This document shows positions 8,671 through 18,448 of a stretch of 37,722 bases of DNA, in pieces. The position numbers and the translations under genes were made by a program. The notes below the pieces were generated by a model. It saw only the letters and a list, made by a program, of their open reading frames with translations, searched no databases and was not told the DNA's origin. Where the stretch lies: contig CALYAE010000070.1 of assembly GCA_944393435.1 (NCBI GenBank), positions 1 through 37,722 of the forward strand, in the 5' to 3' direction. The stretch comes from an uncultured Clostridia bacterium (GTDB taxonomy: Bacteria > Bacillota > Clostridia > TANB77 > CAG-508). Every line of letters begins with the position of its first letter. The stretch's first letter is position 1.

Positions 8671-9747
8671 TTAATCATTTTGTGTAATTTGTATCATCGT
8701 TTCATTTACTTTTTCCAATTGTTTTTCTGCTTGTTTTGCTATTTCTTTTACTTTTTTTTCTTCTACTTTTTCAAAACTTTCTAATGGCATCTTAGTATTT
8801 TGGGTTAAATCTTTAAAATGAATAATTTCTTGATCAAATAATGTTAAATCTTTTATGACATTATCTATTTTATTACTATATGACATAATTCTACATTTCT
8901 GCCCGAAAACAACTGATAACACCATTGCATGAAATCTACTACAAATCATGTATTCCATACTTTTGTATTGTTTCATAAACGAGTCTAAATCTCCTCGATA
9001 ATAAACAGCATGAACCTTATCTTGATATTCAACTGGCAATTTATTTTTTAATTTTGAAATAGAATTTTCATCTCCTTCATATTTACAAAATGAAAATAAA
9101 TAAATCTCTTTTTGAGATTGTATGTAGTCAATAATATTATGAATTAACATCTCATAATAATTTTCTTCTTGAAATTTTAAGTCTTTTCTAATTTCCATAT
9201 CAATTAAGGAAATTCCTACTGTATTTTTTCTTATATTTATATTTTCTAGTGTTTGATAACAAAAAGCTAAATCTGGAGCATAACTAACAGTTGGTATTTG
9301 TTTAAATAACTCATAAGAATATTTGTCTCTAAAACAGATAGTTGAGTTTTTATAAACTCTACCTGCTAGTTCTAAATATTCTTTTGTATGATATGGTCCA
9401 AAATTAGAACTCACATAATGGAACGGGATTTGCAATCTTTTACATTCTTTTAAGAACTCTAGGAAATCTTCTGTAATATTATACACTACTCCCCCTTCCA
9501 TAAAAATAGAACCCCCAATATAAATATAAGCATCGTAGTCTTTTGCATTTTCTTTCGTTAAAATTCTTTCTTTTTCTGGTATAATTGTAATATTAGGGAT
9601 TTCTTCAAATGCCTTTGCATTGTTTTTATCTGAAATATTGATATAAAAAGAAATTTGAGGGTATTTCTTGCATAGCATAACAACAAATAAATCATCTCCC
9701 AAGTTTTGCTTGGCATAAGCCAAAATAAATACTTTTGGATTAGTCAA
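8671..9747 (-). CDS. Polysaccharide pyruvyl transferase family protein
   Basis: NLGDDL, IGGSIF, FRDKYS, APDLAF, SRFHAMV, SYSNK motifs. Confidence 0.85.
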   Translation of the reverse strand: MTNPKVFILAYAKQNLGDDLFVVMLCKKYPQISFYINISDKNNAKAFEEIPNITIIPEKERILTKENAKDYDAYIYIGGSIFMEGGVVYNITEDFLEFLKECKRLQIPFHYVSSNFGPYHTKEYLELAGRVYKNSTICFRDKYSYELFKQIPTVSYAPDLAFCYQTLENINIRKNTVGISLIDMEIRKDLKFQEENYYEMLIHNIIDYIQSQKEIYLFSFCKYEGDENSISKLKNKLPVEYQDKVHAVYYRGDLDSFMKQYKSMEYMICSRFHAMVLSVVFGQKCRIMSYSNKIDNVIKDLTLFDQEIIHFKDLTQNTKMPLESFEKVEEKKVKEIAKQAEKQLEKVNETMIQITQND

Positions 9748-10696
9748 TTTTCTTTCTCTCCTTTTCTTGTTTTGAAATTGTATATTTGGAAGTTAATTGT
9801 TTAATTAGTCTATCACTATCTTCTCCCATATTTTCTTTGCACCATTGAATTAGAGTATCAAATTCTTCCTGCATTGGTTTTGAGTAACTTACATAATAAT
9901 CTGCTGTGAGCATAATTTGCTCATACAACCACTCCTCTGGTGTATCTAAAATAGCTTCTTGTTTAATGATATCGTAAATATTCTTTTTTTCTTGTAAATT
10001 TTCTAATAAAAACGATAATTTCAAATTAAAAGTAATATTTTTATCATGTACTCTATATACCCCTACGGAATCATCTAAAATATATGCAGGTTTTGTAAGT
10101 AAAGCTCTCATGTAAATAGAAGAATCATTTAACATTTCTACTGAATCAATATTTTTAATATATTTTGCTTGAAACACAGTAGTAAAGGTAGAATTTGGTT
10201 TCATATATTTTGTTTGAAAACCTTTCAAATACTCCTTATTATCTACTCTATTTTTTACATTTAATACCTTTGATTGCATTTCTCCTGTATTTTCATACTT
10301 AATGACAGAGTTTGCAGATACAAATGAGAGTTCTTCTTGTGATGTTTTAAATACTTTCATCGCTTTTTCAAAGAAATACTCATCTGTTAAATAATCGTCA
10401 TCATCCATAAAAATTAAAAATTGTCCCTTACTTCTTAAATAGCCATTTTTTCTAGTAACACCCGCACCAGAATTTTTTTCGTTTCGATAATATTTTACTC
10501 TTGGTTCATATCCATATTGTTTCTCAAGAATTTCTTTTGTATTGTCTGGTGAACAATCATCAACAACAATCACTTCAAAATTCATATAGGTCTGCATTAG
10601 AACGGAGTCTATTGCTTCTATAATCATCTCTCCTCTTTTATAAGTTGGCATGATGATAGAAATCAATCCTTGTTCTCTCTCATTTAATGTTACCAT
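9740..10696 (-). CDS. Family 2 glycosyltransferase
   Basis: ISIIMPTY, VIVVDDCSPD, FMDDDD. Confidence 0.9.
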   Translation of the reverse strand: MVTLNEREQGLISIIMPTYKRGEMIIEAIDSVLMQTYMNFEVIVVDDCSPDNTKEILEKQYGYEPRVKYYRNEKNSGAGVTRKNGYLRSKGQFLIFMDDDDYLTDEYFFEKAMKVFKTSQEELSFVSANSVIKYENTGEMQSKVLNVKNRVDNKEYLKGFQTKYMKPNSTFTTVFQAKYIKNIDSVEMLNDSSIYMRALLTKPAYILDDSVGVYRVHDKNITFNLKLSFLLENLQEKKNIYDIIKQEAILDTPEEWLYEQIMLTADYYVSYSKPMQEEFDTLIQWCKENMGEDSDRLIKQLTSKYTISKQEKERKKID

Positions 10697-10706
10697 TTTT
10701 CCCCTC

Positions 10707-11943
10707 CTAATTTATTTTTTTTAACTTATCCCAAATTTCATTTGTCCTCAAATATTCTTCATAATGTTTTTTTACATTCTTATCATAGTTTTCAAAATCT
10801 TCTAATAAAACGTTACAGTCTTCCCCCTCAAATAGTTTGTTAATTTCTGGGATACCTGCTTTTAACTTTTGATGATTTTCTTTCATTTTTTCTCGATAAG
10901 TCTCTCGGTTCATGATGTATAATAATAGTGGTTTATATTTTACCCATCCTCTTGAAGCCTGTATAAAACGTTTGGCAATTTGTTCATCTTCCACTTTAAT
11001 CTTTCTTAATGTTTTAGGATATTTTCTTCTTAAAATATTAGTATATTTCAAGAAGCCATCATGAAAATGGTAAACTGGTACTTTTAATACTTTGGCATCA
11101 TCTAATTTTGTAGAAAAGAAAGTATCTTCTCCTCTTCCTCCTTCTGGATTATAAAATGCTGGTATTTTTTCTATATGATTTAAATTTAAGCATAAAGTTG
11201 AGCCGACTTACCCATTTTGCCCCATTATTTTTTTGTATTTCATAAACGCCTTCTCCATTTGCAATTTTTTCATCTGCATAAGTAATTCCATTATCTTTCA
11301 CAAATTTATTACGAATGGAATCCCATGAAATAATATCATTACTAATTGCTTCGATGTAATCTTTAAATAATTTTTCATCTACATCTTCATTTAATTCTAC
11401 ATAAGGAATTGGTGAAATATACCCACAATGATAACCTATGGTAACATCTGCATCTTGTATATATTTAAAATGCTCTGAAATATTGTCTTGTTCTTTCCAT
11501 GTAATTTCTTTAGCGTCCTCATTTTTTATGCAGGCAACTGGATATTCATCATCATCCCAAAATAAAAGATAATCCATCTGTCTAATTAAAGCATAGTACA
11601 TGAGTGTGTTTCTTCCTTTAGCATGTCCATGGCCAAAAAAGAGATTAGCTTCTTCTTTGGTCAATTTTCCTCTTCCAATGAGTCTTTTTTTCATCTCTTC
11701 TATATTTTCTGGGGTGATATATTTTATATTGATATCTTTGTAGACTTTGGGCATCAGTCCGTAAAAATCCACTCTTGTAGTATATTGGTATTGCAAATCA
11801 AAAAGAATAAAGATTGTAAGTTCTACTTCATGATCTGTATCTTTAAATTGATTGATTAATTGTTCATAGGTATTATTAATCACTTTACATACATTAGGTC
11901 TGCCTGTTACAAAACCTAATCCAAATCGAACTGTTTTGCCCAT
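10707..11943 (-). CDS. GT-A-fold glycosyltransferase-like protein split by a +1 frameshift near 11205 (411 aa if joined)
   Basis: LFWDDDEYP DxD motif in the first half. The +1 frame is open from 11204 (GSTLCLNLNHIEKIPAFYNPEGGRGEDTFF...) into ORF 10707..11051. Confidence 0.75.
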
Positions 11944-11989
11944 GTCTTTCCTCCTCTTTTATTGTCAAGTTATGACATTTAACTATCAA

Positions 11990-12018
11990 ATTATATCATA
12001 TTCTCTATTTTGTGTCAA
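11990..12018 (-). promoter_or_regulatory. sigma-A promoter of the glycosyltransferase cluster
   Basis: TTGACA-N17-TATAAT with extended TG. Confidence 0.8.
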
Positions 12019-12070
12019 TGTCAAAAAATCCCTTACTTCTAGCTGTTTATAAGGTTTTAGAGAGGATGCC

Positions 12071-12796
12071 TTAGAATAGATCCTCCATTTTGTATTCTTT
12101 TTCTAGCTTCTCATTTAAATACAGTTTACTAATCAAATTTAGTTCTTTTAGACTCTCCTCTGAAATATGAAATGAAAAAATCTTTTTTGCATCAGCAAGT
12201 ACAATGTATTGAATGGCAGTTTTAGTGGCATCAAGCATCTGTAAAGCTCCTTTGTCTTGCTTAGCACAAGCCTCACATTTAAACCCATTATCTTTTAAAC
12301 TAAAGTAATTTAGATTTTGCCTTGTTTTACAATTTGTGCAATGTTTGATTTCTGGCATAAACCCAAGCAAGCAAAGTAATCTTAACTTAAATACAGAGAT
12401 GATAAATTCAAGATTTTCATTTGCTTCAGAAATCATATAAAGTGTATTTAAAAAAAGCTGTAAAATTTTATAGGTATTTTGATTTTCATCTGTTACATCA
12501 TTAATAATTTTTGTGGCGTGTGCTGCGTATTGTAACTTGTTCAAATCTGTTCTAATAGGATAAAAAAGTTCAATCGTATCACACGAATTGATATGATAAC
12601 TATTTGTCCCTTGATAAAGTAGATACTCACCAAAACACAAAAATTGAGTGCCTGCCATTAAGAGGCTTTTTGGTCTTCTCGCCCCTTTTGCAGCACACCC
12701 AATTTTCCCATTGGGAGTAAGTATGGTTAGCATCTTATCATAATCATTCATTTTATTTTCTGAAAGTACAATTCCTTTTGTTTTGATAATTCCCAT
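12071..12796 (-). CDS. recO: DNA repair protein RecO
   Basis: KGIVL..DKMLTILT..AKGARRPKS, CxxC..CxxC zinc finger, position after era. Confidence 0.93.
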   Translation of the reverse strand: MGIIKTKGIVLSENKMNDYDKMLTILTPNGKIGCAAKGARRPKSLLMAGTQFLCFGEYLLYQGTNSYHINSCDTIELFYPIRTDLNKLQYAAHATKIINDVTDENQNTYKILQLFLNTLYMISEANENLEFIISVFKLRLLCLLGFMPEIKHCTNCKTRQNLNYFSLKDNGFKCEACAKQDKGALQMLDATKTAIQYIVLADAKKIFSFHISEESLKELNLISKLYLNEKLEKEYKMEDLF

Positions 12797-12815
12797 TTTT
12801 TATTTCCTTTAATTT

Positions 12816-12986
12816 TTACTTTATTTTTTGAATCGATTCTAAATGATTTTCTTTTGATAAGTTTTTCACATTTGGTAGACCGTTTTTTTCTATATTTTGC
12901 ATCTCTAGTAGTTCCATAAAAGTATCAATATTTCCTGTTTTCTTAAATGTATTCCATGCTAGATTTTTCATCTGATTTTCCTTCAT
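12816..12986 (-). CDS. yqzL: YqzL-like small protein (56 aa)
   Basis: RBS AGGAG; MKENQMKNLAWNTFKKTGNIDTFMELLEMQ...; WxxFxxTGNIDT motif and era-yqzL-recO synteny. Below the ORF-track cutoff. Confidence 0.75.
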   Translation of the reverse strand: MKENQMKNLAWNTFKKTGNIDTFMELLEMQNIEKNGLPNVKNLSKENHLESIQKIK

Positions 12987-13044
12987 GTATCTATCAACTC
13001 CTATTCTAGAAGTTTTACTTCTGTGATTATCATTTGCAATTTTG

Positions 13045-13956
13045 TTAATTTTTATACTGGTTTTGAAATCTTTTCACAAAATGATCATCATTAATCCAGT
13101 CTTGTTTTACTTTGACCCATAATTTCAAGTTGACTTGTTCTTTTAATATTTTTTCTAAGTCCTGTCTACTATAAGTTCCAATTTTTTTAAGCATACTACC
13201 ATTTTTTCCAATAATAATTCCTTTGTGAGAATCTTTTAGGCAATAGATGGTCGCCTCTATATTAAAAATTGGTTTGTTTTCTCTTGTTTTTCCTTTTTTC
13301 CATTTTTGCAGTTCAACAAAAATCCCATGTGGTACCTCATCTTGTAGTAACTTTAATGCTTTTTCTCGAATCGTCTCTTCTGCTAAATCTCGCAAAGTTT
13401 GGTCTGTATATTCCTCCAAATCATAATAAGCTGGGCCTTCTTTTAAATTTTTTTCTATTTCTTCTAAAATAATGGTTACATCTTGTGATTTTAGAGCTGA
13501 AATAGGAATAATCGCTTTAAAGTGATATTCATCTTTAAATGCCTCTATCATTTTAAAAATTTGTTCTTTGCTAACTAGGTCAATTTTATTAATAATTAGG
13601 ATAGTAGGTGCATTTGCTTCTTTGATTTTATCTAAAATCATCTGGTCACCTTTTCCAATTCCTTCAGAAGTGGCTTCTACCACAAAAAGCACCATATCTG
13701 CATCAGGAATACTACTCCATGCTGTATCATTCATAGTATTTCCTAATTTTGATTTTGGTTTATGAATGCCAGGTGTATCCACAAAAACAATTTGAGAATT
13801 CTTACGATTCACAATTGCTTTAATAGCACTTCTGGTAGTTTGTGGTTTATTAACCACTACTGCAATTTTTTCTCCTACTAATTCATTTAAAATACTGGAC
13901 TTACCAACATTGGTTCTTCCTACAATTGCTACAAAACCCGATTTAAATTTTTCCAT
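13045..13956 (-). CDS. era: GTPase Era
   Basis: KSGFVAIVGRTNVGKS, PQTTR, DTPG, NKID, KH domain IIIGKNG. Confidence 0.96.
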   Translation of the reverse strand: MEKFKSGFVAIVGRTNVGKSSILNELVGEKIAVVVNKPQTTRSAIKAIVNRKNSQIVFVDTPGIHKPKSKLGNTMNDTAWSSIPDADMVLFVVEATSEGIGKGDQMILDKIKEANAPTILIINKIDLVSKEQIFKMIEAFKDEYHFKAIIPISALKSQDVTIILEEIEKNLKEGPAYYDLEEYTDQTLRDLAEETIREKALKLLQDEVPHGIFVELQKWKKGKTRENKPIFNIEATIYCLKDSHKGIIIGKNGSMLKKIGTYSRQDLEKILKEQVNLKLWVKVKQDWINDDHFVKRFQNQYKN

Positions 13957-14075
13957 ACACTTTTTTAGATGCTTGTTTATCTGTTAGCATCTTCCCTTTC
14001 TTTTTATTATACTACTCTTATTTTTCACCTTTTGTAGAATTTTGTCAATGAGTTTTTAATTTTTTTCTACGAATT

Positions 14076-15833
14076 TTACTTGACATTTATTTTTTCTCTA
14101 GCTTGATAGGTTGTATGTAAAAGTTTATGTGCTAACTTTCCTCCTGGTTCTCCTAAAAACTCTCGATAAATTTTTTGTAAAGTAGGGTTTTTATGAGATA
14201 ATCTAATTTTACTTTTTTCATCAATGGAATACATTGCTTCTGCTCTTTTGGCTCTTACATCCACAGTTTCTTTCACTTTTGCACTTTGGATTGGTTGCCC
14301 TCCTCCCATGATGCAACCACCTGGGCAAGCCATAATTTCTACGAATTGATAATCTGCTTTTCCAGATTTTATTTCTTCCATGATTGTTTTTGCATTTCCT
14401 AGTCCATGTGCCACTGCAACTTTTATTTCTTTCTTTCCAATCATAATTGTGGCTTTTTTGATTCCTGTTTTTCCTCTTACTTCGTCAAAAGTGATTTTTT
14501 CTAAAGGCTTTCCTGTTAGTATTTCTGAAACACTTCTTAGAGCCGCTTCCATAACACCTCCTGTTACTCCAAAAATGGCACCTGCACCACTTGCTTCTCC
14601 CATCGGATCATCAAAACTTTCTTCTTCTAATTCTACAAATTCAATATTTGCTTGTTTAATCATTCTTGCCAGTTCTCTTGTCGTAATTACAGCATCTACA
14701 TCATACAAGCCATTATCTTTCATTTCATCTCTTTGACGTTCAAATTTTTTGGCAATACATGGCATAACTGATACAACAAATAATTTTTCTGGATTCATTT
14801 TTTGTTTTGCAGTATAATAGGTTTTTAAAATAGCTCCAAACATTTCATGTGGTGATTTGCAGCTAGACAAATGCTTTAAATTTTCAGGATAATTCATTTC
14901 AATATATTTTACCCAACCTGGACTACAAGAAGTAATCATTGGCAAATGGTCGTTTTCTTTAAGACGCTCTATAAATTCTGTGGCTTCTTCCATAATCGTA
15001 AAATCGGCACCAGTATTGGTATCAAATACTTTGTCAAATCCCAATCTCTTAAGACTTGCCACCATTTTTCCTGTAACATTAGTTCCTATTTGCATACCAA
15101 ACTCTTCTCCTAATGCCACACGTACTGCCGGAGCAGTTTGTACTACCACATAAGTATCTGGATCTTTTAGTTTCTGCCATACAATTTCCGTATCATCTTT
15201 TTCATGTAATGCACCTGTTGGACAAGCCTGGATACATTGCCCACAAAAAGTACAATTTACATCATTTAAACTTTTGTCATATGCAGTAGAAACACAAGAA
15301 GCAAAACCTCTTCCAATTGTATCAATTGCTCCCACTTTCTGCACCTTCTTACAGGTAGCTACACATCTTCTACATAAAATACATTTATTAAAATCACGTA
15401 CAATAGAAGGAGAAATATTATCTATTTTATGCTCTTTTTTCTCTCCTTCATAACGCACTCCTGTTACATTAAATTTAATTGCTAGAGCCTGCAACTCGCA
15501 ATTTCCATTTCGAGTGCAAGTCAAACAATCTCTATGATGGTTGGATAAAATTAAATCTAAGATAATCTTCCTTGCTTCTAAAACTGCTGGTGAATGGGTA
15601 TGTACAACCATTCCCTCTTCGACTTGCTGAATACAAGATGTTGCAAAGCCTTTCCTTCCTTCTACTTCTGTAATGCACATCCTGCAATCTCCAACTGCAT
15701 TGATTTCTTTTAGATAGCAAAGAGTTGGAATTTCAATATTTGCTTTTCTCGCCGCCTGCAAAATGGTCGTTCCTTTTGGAACTTCTATTTTTTTACCATC
15801 TATTGTCAAATGAATCATTGGTATTTCTGGCAT
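14076..15833 (-). CDS. hydA: Group A [FeFe]-hydrogenase catalytic subunit
   Basis: H-cluster motifs TSCSPGW, MPCIAKKFE, EIMACPGGCIMGGGQP; N-terminal 2Fe-2S, His-ligated and 2x4Fe-4S domains. Confidence 0.95.
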   Translation of the reverse strand: MPEIPMIHLTIDGKKIEVPKGTTILQAARKANIEIPTLCYLKEINAVGDCRMCITEVEGRKGFATSCIQQVEEGMVVHTHSPAVLEARKIILDLILSNHHRDCLTCTRNGNCELQALAIKFNVTGVRYEGEKKEHKIDNISPSIVRDFNKCILCRRCVATCKKVQKVGAIDTIGRGFASCVSTAYDKSLNDVNCTFCGQCIQACPTGALHEKDDTEIVWQKLKDPDTYVVVQTAPAVRVALGEEFGMQIGTNVTGKMVASLKRLGFDKVFDTNTGADFTIMEEATEFIERLKENDHLPMITSCSPGWVKYIEMNYPENLKHLSSCKSPHEMFGAILKTYYTAKQKMNPEKLFVVSVMPCIAKKFERQRDEMKDNGLYDVDAVITTRELARMIKQANIEFVELEEESFDDPMGEASGAGAIFGVTGGVMEAALRSVSEILTGKPLEKITFDEVRGKTGIKKATIMIGKKEIKVAVAHGLGNAKTIMEEIKSGKADYQFVEIMACPGGCIMGGGQPIQSAKVKETVDVRAKRAEAMYSIDEKSKIRLSHKNPTLQKIYREFLGEPGGKLAHKLLHTTYQAREKINVK

Positions 15834-15859
15834 TTTTCTTCTCCTTTCTTTCTAGAAAA

Positions 15860-15889
15860 GGACCAAAGGGGACTGTCCCCAATGGTACC
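15860..15889. repeat. Single REP-like palindrome between hydB and hydA
   Basis: GGACCAAAGGGGACTGTCCCCAATGGTACC; shares GTCCCCAATGGT with the 29837-29906 units. Confidence 0.65.
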
Positions 15890-15890
15890 A

Positions 15891-17747
15891 TTAGCTGATT
15901 GCATGGAATGGACAGCTACTAATACATGTACCACATTTAATACATTTTTCTTGACTAATTTTATGAACCTGTCCTGGCTCTCCAATAATAGCATCTGCTG
16001 GGCAATTTTTCTGACATATTCCACAACCTCTACATTTTTCACTTTCTATTTGAATAATAGATAATGCCTTACATTCTTTTGTTTTACATGTTTTATATTT
16101 AATATGTTCTAAATATTCCTCTCTAAAATATTTGAGAGTGGAAAGTACTGGATTTGGTGCTGATTGCCCTAGTCCACAAATGGCTGTTTTAGGAATAGCA
16201 GTAGCTAATTCTTCTAGTTTTTCTAGGTCTGTAAGTTCTGCTTTTCCTTCAGTAATTTTTTCTAATAACTCTAACATCCTTTTGGTTCCAATTCTACAAG
16301 GAGTACATTTTCCACAAGATTCTTCTACTGTGAAAGCTAAATAGAATTTTGGTAAATTCACCATGCATTTGGTGTCATCCATTACAATTAAGCCACCAGA
16401 TCCCATCATAGAGCCGATTTCTTTTAAAGATTCATAATCGATTGGCGTATCCAAATGTTCTTTTGGAATACAGCCTCCTGATGGTCCGCCTGTTTGAGCA
16501 GCTTTAAATTCTCTTCCATTCGGAATGCCTCCCCCTATATCGTAGATAATTTCTCTTAACGTAGTTCCCATAGGGACTTCTACTAATCCAATATTAACTA
16601 CATTTCCCCCAAGAGCAAATACTTTTGTTCCTTTTGAGTCTTTGGTACCTATTCCTGCATACCATTTAGCGCCATTTAAAATAATTTTAGGGATATTAGC
16701 AAAAGTTTCTACATTATTAATAAGAGTTGGTTTAAACCATAAGCCTTGACTTGCTGGATAAGGTGGTTTTACTCTTGGTTCTCCCCTTTTTCCTTCAATA
16801 GATTCTAAAAGTGCTGTTTCTTCTCCACAAACAAAGGCTCCTGCTCCCAAACGAATTTCGATATCAAAATTAAATCCAGTTTTCCAAATATTTTGTCCTA
16901 AAATTCCATATTCTCTTGCCTGATTAATTGCAATCTTTAACCTTTCTACTGCAATTGGATATTCTGCTCTTACGTAAATATATCCTTGAGTGGCACCAAT
17001 TGCATATCCTGCAATCATCATTGCTTCTAACACGCTATGTGGATCTCCTTCTAAAATACTTCTATCCATAAAAGCTCCTGGATCTCCTTCATCAGCATTA
17101 CAAACTACATATTTTTGTTTTCCTGGAGCTTGTTTTGTAAGTGACCACTTTTTCCCTGTTAAAAAACCTGCTCCTCCTCTTCCTCTTAAACCTGATTGTT
17201 CAACTGTTTGTATCACTTCTTCTTGTGACATTTCTAATAGTACTTTTTCTAGTGCTTGATATCCATCAAATGCAATATATTCATCAATATTTTCAGGATC
17301 TATTTTTCCACAATTTTGAAGAGCAATTCTTTTTTTTTTTTTATTAAAGGGAAGTTCATCTAACTTTTCTACTTGTTTTCCTTCCACATTTTTGCATAAA
17401 AGACGATTTACAGTTTTTCCTTCTATGATATGGGATTGTATGATTTCTTCACAATCTTCTGGAGAAACCATAGCATAAAAAATATTTTCTGGTCTAATAA
17501 TGACAATTGGCCCTTTGGCGCATAACCCAAAGCAACCTGTTTGAATCACTTTTACATTTTCTAACTTTTTTTCTTGAATGATTTTTCGAAAATTCTCTAT
17601 GATTTTAGGAGATTTAGAAGATGTACACCCTGTTCCATGGCACACTAAGATATGTTTTTCTTTTGTCCCGACATTTTCATTTACTCTAATATCTAATTGA
17701 CTTCTTTTTTCTTCTCTTAACTTTCTAATTTCTCCTATGCTTTTCAT
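15891..17747 (-). CDS. hydB: NuoF-like NADH/FMN-binding subunit of a bifurcating hydrogenase
   Basis: N-terminal thioredoxin-like 2Fe-2S, SGLRGRGGAGF, CNADEGDPG, FVCGEETAL, ESCGKCTPCR, C-terminal 2x4Fe-4S. Confidence 0.93.
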   Translation of the reverse strand: MKSIGEIRKLREEKRSQLDIRVNENVGTKEKHILVCHGTGCTSSKSPKIIENFRKIIQEKKLENVKVIQTGCFGLCAKGPIVIIRPENIFYAMVSPEDCEEIIQSHIIEGKTVNRLLCKNVEGKQVEKLDELPFNKKKKRIALQNCGKIDPENIDEYIAFDGYQALEKVLLEMSQEEVIQTVEQSGLRGRGGAGFLTGKKWSLTKQAPGKQKYVVCNADEGDPGAFMDRSILEGDPHSVLEAMMIAGYAIGATQGYIYVRAEYPIAVERLKIAINQAREYGILGQNIWKTGFNFDIEIRLGAGAFVCGEETALLESIEGKRGEPRVKPPYPASQGLWFKPTLINNVETFANIPKIILNGAKWYAGIGTKDSKGTKVFALGGNVVNIGLVEVPMGTTLREIIYDIGGGIPNGREFKAAQTGGPSGGCIPKEHLDTPIDYESLKEIGSMMGSGGLIVMDDTKCMVNLPKFYLAFTVEESCGKCTPCRIGTKRMLELLEKITEGKAELTDLEKLEELATAIPKTAICGLGQSAPNPVLSTLKYFREEYLEHIKYKTCKTKECKALSIIQIESEKCRGCGICQKNCPADAIIGEPGQVHKISQEKCIKCGTCISSCPFHAIS

Positions 17748-17805
17748 TTTGTTCTCCTTATTTTATTGATATCGTTCATAAAAATAATTAATTTGTATCA
17801 AATTT

Positions 17806-18243
17806 CTATTTTAATGTATCTAGTACTTCATCTAATTTTTTAACAGTTGCTCTTCCATAAACTTCTCCATTTACCGTGAAAACTGGTGCAATTCCGCAAG
17901 CTCCTAAGCAACGAGTAGAATCAATAGAAAACATTCCATCTTTTGTAGTTTCTCCTTCTTGAATTTTTAATCTATCTTTAAGTCGCTGCATGATTTTCTC
18001 TGACCCTTTTACAAAACAAGCGGTTCCCATACAAACAGAAATGACATATTTTCCCTTTGGCTTTAAGGTAAATCTAGAATAAAAAGTAATGACTCCATAA
18101 ATTTCTGCCATCGGAATTGCTAAATACTCAGAAATCTTTCTTTGTGCAATTTCAGGGATATATCCATATTTTACTTGTACATCATTTAAAATAGGAATTA
18201 AATTTTCTTTTTGTTTGGTATATGCGGCTAATATCTCTTCCAC
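17806..18243 (-). CDS. hydC: NuoE-like 2Fe-2S subunit of the hydrogenase
   Basis: GVITFYSRF, VCMGTAC, CLGACGIAP. Confidence 0.92.
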   Translation of the reverse strand: MEEILAAYTKQKENLIPILNDVQVKYGYIPEIAQRKISEYLAIPMAEIYGVITFYSRFTLKPKGKYVISVCMGTACFVKGSEKIMQRLKDRLKIQEGETTKDGMFSIDSTRCLGACGIAPVFTVNGEVYGRATVKKLDEVLDTLK

Positions 18244-18309
18244 TTATTTGCTTTCTCCTTTCTAGATAAAATTGTACTTTTTTATATCTATTCGTTTTTC
18301 TTTAAGTGC

Positions 18310-18338
18310 ATTATATCAAATGACTGCTTTTTGTACAA
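18310..18338 (-). promoter_or_regulatory. sigma-A promoter of the hydrogenase operon
   Basis: TTGTAC-N17-TATAAT with extended TG. Confidence 0.6.
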
Positions 18339-18448
18339 GAATATATAAAATTTTTTGCAAAAATAAGAACTTCCCTTCATTTATAATTTCTAAAATGAAA
18401 AGGAAGTCTATCGACTCTATTTTTAATTTATGATATAAGAAATAAATC

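Noticed and set aside
10707-11051. Independent 114-aa gene
   Set aside because: No RBS; the frame stays open upstream to about 11207, so it is the 3' part of the frameshifted gene.
15815-16042. 75-aa minus-strand ORF bridging hydB and hydA
   Set aside because: Alternative-frame overlap of the hydB ferredoxin tail, which is intact in its own frame.
18244-18400. Rex operator before the hydrogenase operon
   Set aside because: No convincing TTGTGAA-N4-TTCACAA palindrome.
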